Source: an uncultured Actinomycetes bacterium
GTDB taxonomy: Bacteria > Actinomycetota > UBA4738 > JBBDTT01
NCBI GenBank assembly: GCA_963742735.1
Contig: CAVUMN010000004.1
Coordinates: 736,001-800,000 of the forward strand
DNA: 64,000 nt
Reading direction: 5' to 3'
Shown here: piece by piece, positions 57,420 through 64,000 of the stretch
How positions within the stretch are numbered: position 1 is the first letter of the stretch
Layout of the letters: every line of letters starts with the position of its first letter
The notes under the pieces: model-generated
The model's database searches: none
Told to the model about the DNA's origin: nothing
Seen by the model: only the letters and a program-made list of their open reading frames with translations
Translations under genes and position numbers: made by a program

Positions 57420-59741
57420 ATGAATCATCGGTCCCGCCCGCCGTTCGCCCTCGTCCTGCTGGCCGCCCTCGCGGCCGGTATCGCCACGCCCGCCACGCCC
57501 CCGGCGCCTCCGGCGATCCCGTGGGCGTCCCAACAGGGGATGCTCGCCTCGATCGCCGAGGAGGAGATGCCGGGCGACCTGTTCCTGTTCTCCCGGACCG
57601 CGAACGGCGCGGCGCCGACCGCCGAGACCTTCGAGCGCGCGGCCACCGAGTCCCGCGCCGTGACCCGGACGACTCGGCGGGAGAAGCCCGCGCTCGCGTC
57701 CCGGACGTGGATCTTCAAGGGCCCGGCGAACGTCGGCGCCCGCGTGTCCGACATGGTCACCGATCCGAGGCAGAAGGACACGGTGTACGTGACCGGCGCG
57801 TCGGGCGGCGTGTGGGTGAGCCGCGACGCCGGGATGACCTACACCTCGACGTGGCCGGCGAGTTACCCCCAGTCGATGGGCGCACTGGCCATCGGACGCG
57901 ACGGCGCGTTGTGGGCCGGCACCGGGGAGGCCAACCCGGGCGGGGGGAGCCTGACTTACGGCGGCGGCGGCGTGTACCGCTCCACGAACCGCGGCAGAAC
58001 CTGGACGAACGTCGGCCTGCGGACGGTCTCGCGCATCGGGCGCATCGCCGTCGATCCCCAGGACCCGAAGCACGTCTTCGTCGCGGCCACCGGGCACCTG
58101 TTCCTGCCGGGCGGCGACCGCGGGCTGTACGAGACCCGCGACGCCGGCAGGCACTGGCGGCTGGCCCTGGCCGGCGACAACCCCACCACCGGCGCGGTCG
58201 ACGTGGCCATCGACCCGTCGGACTCCTCGAACGTGATCGTCGCGATGTGGGACGCGATCCGCTACCCCGACCGGCGGATCTACACGGGAATCGGCTCCGG
58301 GCTGTTCCGTTCGACCGACGGCGGCGCGAGCTTCGCGCGGCTGGGTCCGCTCAACGGCCTTCCTCCGGCGCTGAGCGGCATCGGCCGGATCGGCGTCGCC
58401 TTCGCCCCCAGCGACCCGAGCCGCGTCTACGCCGTCTACGCGAACAACGAGGTCGGGACGTTCCAGGCGTGGTTCGTTTCGCCGGACGGCGGAGGCACCT
58501 GGCTGGCGCCTCCCGGAGCGCAGGTCACCCTGGCCGCGTCGCAGAGCGTCTACGGCTGGTGGTTCGGCCGGGTGTTCGTGGACCCCGAGAACCCGCTGCA
58601 CGTCTTCGTGACCGGGCTCGACCTCTCGGAGTCGATCGACGGCGGGCTCAGCTTCCCGAACGTGCACGCCGACATCCACGTCGACCACCACGCAATGGCC
58701 TGGGACTCCCGCGTGCCCGATCGGGTCTACCTGGGGAACGACGGCGGCGTGTACCGGTCGGACACCAACGGGAGCCTGATGTCGTGGACCCACGCGACGC
58801 ACATGCCGTGGAACCAGCTGTTCACGCTCGACGTGTCGGCGCAGGTGCCGTCGCGGATCAACGCGGGCCTGCAGGACAACGGATCGGTCCGGTCGTGGGG
58901 TGAGGGCGGCTGGGAGGAGTACAACGGCGGCGACGGCGTGAAGAACGCGATCAACCCCACCGACCCGCAGAACGTGTTCGCCTGCTCGCAGTACGGGGCG
59001 TGCGCTCGCTCCGACGACGGCGGCGACAGCGCCGCCGGGATGTCGAAGGAGGGGACGCGCGACGGCTGGCTGACCCCGATCGAGTTCGCGCCGGGCTCGG
59101 GCGACGTCATGTACTGGGCGGGGGACACCCTCAACCGCTCGGACGACCGGGGCGCCAGCTGGGCCGGGATCAGCCCCGACCTCGGCAAGATGGACCCCGG
59201 CGGAGAGATCAACCCGCTGTACGCGGCCCACTACGGGACCGTCCAGGCGATCGGCCTGTCCGCCTCGGCCCCGGACACGATCTACGCCGGCACCGACAAC
59301 GGCTACCTGTGGAAGACGACCGACGCCGGAGGCGAGTGGACCGAGCTGACCTCGGACGCGCTGCCGGGGACGTGGGTGACCGCGATCGCCGTCGAGCCGA
59401 GGAACGCCGGCCGCCTCTACGTCTCGCACTCGGGCTTCCGCGAGGCCGACGAGGACGCCTACGTCCTGTACTCGAGGGACGGAGGCGCCACGTACCGGGA
59501 CGTCTCCGCGAACCTTCCGGCGGCCCCGGTGAGCGACCTGGTCCTCGTCGGTGGCTCGCTGTACGCGGCGACGGACGTGGGGGTGTTCGTCACGAAGACC
59601 TCGAGGATCCGGTGGTACCGCGTCGGCGCCGGCCTGCCGAACTGCCCGATCAACGACCTGAAGTACGTGGCGAAGAACCGGACCCTGTACGCGGGCACCT
59701 TCGGCCGCGGCGTTTACGCGATCGTCCCGCCCGCGTTGTAG
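57420..59741 (+). CDS. Secreted BNR/Asp-box repeat beta-propeller protein (VPS10/GH74-like glycosyl hydrolase)
   Basis: Signal peptide; many S/TxDxGxxW repeats (SRDAGMTY, STNRGRTW, STDGGASF, TTDAGGEW); GPANVGARV, HVDHH and GNDGGVY. Confidence 0.85.
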   Translation: MNHRSRPPFALVLLAALAAGIATPATPPAPPAIPWASQQGMLASIAEEEMPGDLFLFSRTANGAAPTAETFERAATESRAVTRTTRREKPALASRTWIFKGPANVGARVSDMVTDPRQKDTVYVTGASGGVWVSRDAGMTYTSTWPASYPQSMGALAIGRDGALWAGTGEANPGGGSLTYGGGGVYRSTNRGRTWTNVGLRTVSRIGRIAVDPQDPKHVFVAATGHLFLPGGDRGLYETRDAGRHWRLALAGDNPTTGAVDVAIDPSDSSNVIVAMWDAIRYPDRRIYTGIGSGLFRSTDGGASFARLGPLNGLPPALSGIGRIGVAFAPSDPSRVYAVYANNEVGTFQAWFVSPDGGGTWLAPPGAQVTLAASQSVYGWWFGRVFVDPENPLHVFVTGLDLSESIDGGLSFPNVHADIHVDHHAMAWDSRVPDRVYLGNDGGVYRSDTNGSLMSWTHATHMPWNQLFTLDVSAQVPSRINAGLQDNGSVRSWGEGGWEEYNGGDGVKNAINPTDPQNVFACSQYGACARSDDGGDSAAGMSKEGTRDGWLTPIEFAPGSGDVMYWAGDTLNRSDDRGASWAGISPDLGKMDPGGEINPLYAAHYGTVQAIGLSASAPDTIYAGTDNGYLWKTTDAGGEWTELTSDALPGTWVTAIAVEPRNAGRLYVSHSGFREADEDAYVLYSRDGGATYRDVSANLPAAPVSDLVLVGGSLYAATDVGVFVTKTSRIRWYRVGAGLPNCPINDLKYVAKNRTLYAGTFGRGVYAIVPPAL

Positions 59742-60571
59742 GGGTCCGCCGGAGGCTCCTCCCCGGTCAGCTCCCGGATCAGGGCCGGGCGGTCGAAGTA
59801 CTCCTTGCGGGCGCGCAGGTCCAGGTACACGTAGACGATCACGACGGTGACGTAGGGGGTAGCGAGGGCCGACGCGAGGCCGCCCGCCAGGCCGGCGCTC
59901 AGCCATGCATCAGGGAACGGCGCCGTGAAGGCCGCGCCCAGGAGCCCGACCACGACCACCGTCAGCACGTACACGCCGAACACGATCCAGCCGTTGCCCT
60001 TGACCAGGCGCCACGAGCGGCGGAGGGCGGCGGTCCCGCGGACCTCCTCGACGATCAGGGCGGGCATGGCCACCAGGAAGCGCACGGCCAGGATGATCCC
60101 CGGCACGATCAGCAGCAGGAGGCCGCCGAACACGGCCAGCCCGGTGAGCAACGTCACCCACAGGATGGGACCGAGCCGCTTCAGCGCGAACCGGTACGCC
60201 TCCCCGGCACGGATCGGGAGCTCCGCCACGCCGAGGATGGCCGCCCGCGTCAGGGCGCCGGTGAGCAGCTGGGTGATGACGAACCCGATGATGCTCGCGA
60301 CGAAGCTTCCGGCGATGGCGCGCCAGAACCGCTCGTCGACGATGACCTGGCCGGTCGCCGGATCGACGTTCACCGTGAAGACCTCGTTGAGCAGGTAGTA
60401 CTGCAGCAGGGTCAGGGGGACCGCCACGATCGCGGCCATCCCAACGAACGGCAGGAAGCCCCGGCGATACACGCGGAACGCGGACTCGAGGATGGCGCCC
60501 CGATGCGCCGCCCCGGGTGGTTTGGGTGGAGGAGGAAGGTCGGGCCCGGGCGGCGGCGGAAGCTCCGTCAC
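59714..60571 (-). CDS. Hypothetical multi-pass membrane protein (DUF7544 / GDPD membrane-domain-like)
   Basis: Pro-rich N-terminus, ILESAFRVYRR, LLLIVPG, ALRRSWRLVKG and YLDLRARKE. Confidence 0.75.
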   Translation of the reverse strand: MTELPPPPGPDLPPPPKPPGAAHRGAILESAFRVYRRGFLPFVGMAAIVAVPLTLLQYYLLNEVFTVNVDPATGQVIVDERFWRAIAGSFVASIIGFVITQLLTGALTRAAILGVAELPIRAGEAYRFALKRLGPILWVTLLTGLAVFGGLLLLIVPGIILAVRFLVAMPALIVEEVRGTAALRRSWRLVKGNGWIVFGVYVLTVVVVGLLGAAFTAPFPDAWLSAGLAGGLASALATPYVTVVIVYVYLDLRARKEYFDRPALIRELTGEEPPADPYNAGGTIA

Positions 60572-60584
60572 ACCGAGAGCCTAC

Positions 60585-61682
60585 TCACCACTCCTCGAAG
60601 CCGTAGCGCTCGTGGGGGCCCAGGACCATGTACTCGAACAGCCCTGTGCCGACCGTCCCGTCGGGGAGCTCGAACCGCGCCACGGAGTCGACCAGGCCCC
60701 ACAGGTTCGCCCGGCCCATCTCCGTGGTCAGGTCCCATTCCACGCCCTGGACCACGAGCGGGCCCTGGTACATCCCGTGGCGCCAGTCGGGCTCGAACCC
60801 GTACCCGGTGCCGATCCCGACGTGCAGGCGGAGCAGCGGCGTGACCTTGACCTCGAGGTCGCCAAGCCGCAGGAGCGCCGACTCGACCTCGCGGGTCCCC
60901 TCGATGAAGGTCAGCTCGTGGCCGGGGCGGCCGAGGTCCTCCGGCTCGGCGCCGTCCTCGCCACCGGCGGCGAACGACGGCACGCGCGCGGCCTCCTCGA
61001 TGATCCGCCGCCCGTCGGGGCGCTCCTGGGCGATGAAGTACGTCGCGAAGTCGGGGAACTGGGCCGGCGCGTTGATCCAGAAGAAGCCCGGCAGCGGGTC
61101 CTGGCCGCGGATACCAGGCGGCTCGGGCTCGCCGATCGGGCGCACGCCCCACGACCGGTCCCGTGTGCCGCTCCATCGGTCGGGGGTCACCTCGAAGCTC
61201 GTGTCGCCCACCGTCAGCGTCCCCGTCCACCGGCCGGTCTGGGCCATCCGGCACGTGTCGATCAACAGCCGCCCGTGGGGGGCGCGGTCGGTGTGCCGCG
61301 GCTCCAGGTGCGCGGGGTCGAACCCCTCCCACGTCAGGTCGAACTCCAGGCCGTGCTCGTTCGGCTCCAGGAGCACCCGCAGGGCGTGGAGCCCCTTGAG
61401 GACCTCGATCCGGAACGGCCCGACGCTCAGGTCGCTCCGGTCGGACCCCAGCTCGCGCGAGGCGCGGACCACGCGGTGCACCTTCCCGTCGTTGATCACC
61501 GCGAACGCATCGGCCGTCCCCAGGTTGGGGTACTGGCCCATCCCCGTGATGAGCATCAGCTCGCCGTCGCCGGCATGACAGTTGAAGTAGTACCGGTCGT
61601 AGAAGTTGCGATCGCTGGTGGCCGGGTGGCGGACGGGCTCGGCGATCTGGTGGACGGGCAGGTCGTCGAGCGGGCCGAGCAC
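60585..61682 (-). CDS. Conserved actinobacterial hypothetical protein (beta-rich, AttH/tocopherol-cyclase-like)
   Basis: LDDLPVHQ, SDRNFYDRYYFN, RDRSWGVRP and WRHGMYQG; in an operon with the kinase. Confidence 0.75.
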   Translation of the reverse strand: MLGPLDDLPVHQIAEPVRHPATSDRNFYDRYYFNCHAGDGELMLITGMGQYPNLGTADAFAVINDGKVHRVVRASRELGSDRSDLSVGPFRIEVLKGLHALRVLLEPNEHGLEFDLTWEGFDPAHLEPRHTDRAPHGRLLIDTCRMAQTGRWTGTLTVGDTSFEVTPDRWSGTRDRSWGVRPIGEPEPPGIRGQDPLPGFFWINAPAQFPDFATYFIAQERPDGRRIIEEAARVPSFAAGGEDGAEPEDLGRPGHELTFIEGTREVESALLRLGDLEVKVTPLLRLHVGIGTGYGFEPDWRHGMYQGPLVVQGVEWDLTTEMGRANLWGLVDSVARFELPDGTVGTGLFEYMVLGPHERYGFEEW

Positions 61683-61683
61683 G

Positions 61684-62751
61684 CTAGACCCGCGCGTCGT
61701 CCAGGTAGAGGCGCAGGAGCTTCGAGGAGGTGTTCTCGAGCGACATGAACTCGCGGGCGCCGGGCATCGCGCCCGAGTCGTCGAGCAGGTCCAGGACTCG
61801 CGTGAGGATCGCCGCGTACCGCACCGCCCCCAGCAGCTCCCACCAGTCCAGGTCGCCGGCGTCGTAGCCGGTCTTCGCCTCCCACCGGGCGATGGTCTCC
61901 TCGCGGGAGGGGAACCCCTCCAGCCGGGGGACGTCGCACGCGTCGCTGTGGTGGCGGTCGAGGAGCAGGAACCACGCCAGGTCCGCGACCGGGTCGCCGA
62001 GCGAGACCATCTCCCAGTCGACGACGGCCTGCACCTTCCCGGCCTCGTCGAAGAGGATGTTGCCGATGCGCGAGTCGCCCCACACCAGGGCCGGGCGCAC
62101 GTCGCGGCTGGGGACCTTCGCCTCCAGGATCTCGAACGCCTGGTCGAGCAGCGGGTACGGCCGGCCCTCCAGTGCCCAGTCGGCGTACGCGTGGTCGCGG
62201 CGGAGCTGCTCCTTCGCGTCGACCACGTCCAGGAACGTCACCCCCGCCCACTGCAGGTCCAGCCGGTGGATGGAGGTCATCGCGTCCACGCCGTTCCACC
62301 AGATCCGAGCCCGGAGCTCCGGCGAGCCCTCCTGGAGCCAGCCGGACACGTGGTACGGCGGGTTGTCCGGCGCGGCCCGGCCGTCCAGGCGGCCCATCAC
62401 GAAGAACGGTGAGCCGAGCACCGTCGGATCCGGCTCGAACCACAGGATCTCCGGGACGGGAACGACCGTGGCCGACAGCGCCTGCATCACCCGGACCTGG
62501 GTGTCGAACATCGTGTCCGGGAACACCTGGTGCTTCGCGGGCTCCATGCGCACGGCGATCCCGCGCGTCCTCGTCTCTCCGGCCGCGTTCGTCCACGCCG
62601 CGTCCGCGAGCAGCGTCTCGTTCGAGTAGCCGGACAGCGCGGGAGCGTCGAAGCCGCCGAGCTCGACCTTGGGCGTGCCGATCCGCCGTGCGAGCCAGCT
62701 CGCGAGGCGGTCGCGGACGTCGGGGTCGTCGAGGCGCGCGGCGATGGCCAT
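61684..62751 (-). CDS. Phosphotransferase (APH/ACAD10-like kinase) family protein
   Basis: GYSNET, VPVP, GSPFFVM, WGDSRIGN and VVDWEM. Confidence 0.9.
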   Translation of the reverse strand: MAIAARLDDPDVRDRLASWLARRIGTPKVELGGFDAPALSGYSNETLLADAAWTNAAGETRTRGIAVRMEPAKHQVFPDTMFDTQVRVMQALSATVVPVPEILWFEPDPTVLGSPFFVMGRLDGRAAPDNPPYHVSGWLQEGSPELRARIWWNGVDAMTSIHRLDLQWAGVTFLDVVDAKEQLRRDHAYADWALEGRPYPLLDQAFEILEAKVPSRDVRPALVWGDSRIGNILFDEAGKVQAVVDWEMVSLGDPVADLAWFLLLDRHHSDACDVPRLEGFPSREETIARWEAKTGYDAGDLDWWELLGAVRYAAILTRVLDLLDDSGAMPGAREFMSLENTSSKLLRLYLDDARV

Positions 62752-62757
62752 GGGTGG

Positions 62758-64000
62758 CTAGACCGGCGGCTCCGCGGTCTCGGGAAGGATCGTCTTCTGC
62801 TCCAGGTACTCCTCGAGGCCCTCGCGCCCGAACTCGCGGCCGATGCCCGAGGTCTTGTAGCCGCCGAACGGCGCCTTGAAGTCCATGGAGTAGCCGTTGA
62901 CCGCGAGCGAGCCGCTGCGGACCCGGCGGGCGAGGTCGACCGCGTGGTCCCGGTCGGCCGACCACACGGATCCGGCGAGCCCGTACTCGCTGTCGTTCGC
63001 GATGCGGATCGCCTCGTCCTCGTTCTCGTACGGGATCACGCACAGGACCGGGCCGAAGATCTCCTCCCGGGCCACGCGCATGCCGTTGTCGACGTCGGCG
63101 AACAGGGTGGGGCGCACGTACCAGCCCACGTCCATCCCGTCCGGCCGGCCGTTGCCGCCCACCACCAGGCGGGCCCCCTCCTCCTGGCCGAGGGCGATGT
63201 ACTTCTCCACCCGCTCCTGCTGGCGCTGGGAGATGAGCGGGCCGATCTCGGTGGTCGGTTCGAACGGATCGCCGACCCGGAGGGCCTCGAACATGCCGGC
63301 GAGGGCGTCGAGGACCTCGTCGTGGCGCTGCTTGCTGACCAGGATGCGCGTCTGGGCGATGCAGGCCTGGCCGGTGTTCATGAGGCCGTAGAACTTCATG
63401 CCGCGGATGAGGCGGTCCATGTCGGCGTCGTCCAGGACGATCGCCGCCGACTTGCCGCCCATCTCCAGGCTGCACCGCTTGAGCTGCTCGCCGCAGATGG
63501 CGGCGATGCGCCGGCCCGCCGCGGTCGAGCCGGTGAACGCGACCTTGTCGATGCCCGGGTGGCGGACGAGGTGCTCGCCGACCTCGCGGGAGGCGGGGAG
63601 GATGCTGACCACCCCCTCCGGGATGCCGGCCTGCTCGATGACCTCGCCCAGGACGAAGCCGGTCAGCGGCGTCTCCTCGGCGGGCTTCACGACGATCGTG
63701 CACCCCGCCAGAAGGGCCGGCGCCAGCTTGGACATGACCGTGAACTGGGGAACGTTCCACGGCGTGATGGCCGCGGCCACGCCGACGGGCTCGCCGCGGA
63801 CGATGGCCTCGCCGAACACGCCCTGGCGGGTTTCCTCCCACGGGTACTCGGCCGCGATCTCGATCATCGAGTTGAGGATCCACAGCGGCATGGGCGCCTG
63901 AGCCAGGCGGGAGAAGAAGATCGGCGCGCCCATCTCCTCGGTGGTGATCTGGGCGATGTCCTCCAGGCGGGCCGCGTACATCCCGGCCATGCGCGAGAGG
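62758..64000 (-). CDS. Aldehyde dehydrogenase (5' end outside window)
   Basis: ITPWN, VKPAEETP, FTGSTAAG, LEMGGKS, GQACIA, EEIFGPV and PFGGYKTSG. Confidence 0.95.
   Translation of the reverse strand, partial: LSRMAGMYAARLEDIAQITTEEMGAPIFFSRLAQAPMPLWILNSMIEIAAEYPWEETRQGVFGEAIVRGEPVGVAAAITPWNVPQFTVMSKLAPALLAGCTIVVKPAEETPLTGFVLGEVIEQAGIPEGVVSILPASREVGEHLVRHPGIDKVAFTGSTAAGRRIAAICGEQLKRCSLEMGGKSAAIVLDDADMDRLIRGMKFYGLMNTGQACIAQTRILVSKQRHDEVLDALAGMFEALRVGDPFEPTTEIGPLISQRQQERVEKYIALGQEEGARLVVGGNGRPDGMDVGWYVRPTLFADVDNGMRVAREEIFGPVLCVIPYENEDEAIRIANDSEYGLAGSVWSADRDHAVDLARRVRSGSLAVNGYSMDFKAPFGGYKTSGIGREFGREGLEEYLEQKTILPETAEPPV

Noticed and set aside
57700-59700. Recurrent GACGGCGGC-like repeats as a CRISPR or DNA repeat array
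   Set aside because: They are degenerate, irregularly spaced and encode BNR/Asp-box protein repeats. No CRISPR array or cas gene is present in the window.
61684-62751. Aminoglycoside resistance gene
   Set aside because: The motifs (WGDSRIGN, GYSNET) and metabolic context fit the ACAD10-like kinase subfamily rather than resistance APHs.

Overview
This is a high-GC, gene-dense chromosomal window, most likely from a deep-branching Actinomycetota. That assignment is inferred from F420-dependent enzymes, a CYP142-like P450, SigR/SigH-type promoter logic and many apparently leaderless genes. It holds about 56 CDS/pseudogenes and one tRNA-Sec (selC). The genes are mostly metabolic: msrB, two P450s, a frameshifted glgB, a DEAD-box helicase, a YdeP/FdhF-FdhD-MobA module, an ATP-dependent DNA ligase, a glutamate-type ABC transporter, two adenylate-cyclase/STAND proteins and many secreted hydrolases. 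I found no CRISPR array, transposase, integrase or prophage. Main leads: (1) a recurring intergenic motif AGG-N17/18-NGAA(C/T), matching the Bacillus sigmaH (Spo0H) promoter geometry, that sits in front of several secreted hydrolases; (2) an 18.4-38.4 kb cluster (endoglycoceramidase, ceramidase-like protein, GH84, NagA, ROK pair, acyl-CoA oxidase, MFS-ABC fusion) that could be a glycolipid/GlcNAc scavenging system; (3) a three-hairpin leader on the DEAD-box helicase with the SD in a hairpin loop. The 29.8-33.4 kb stretch is full of frameshifts, which may be sequencing error. All annotations come from reading motifs by eye; no database search was run.
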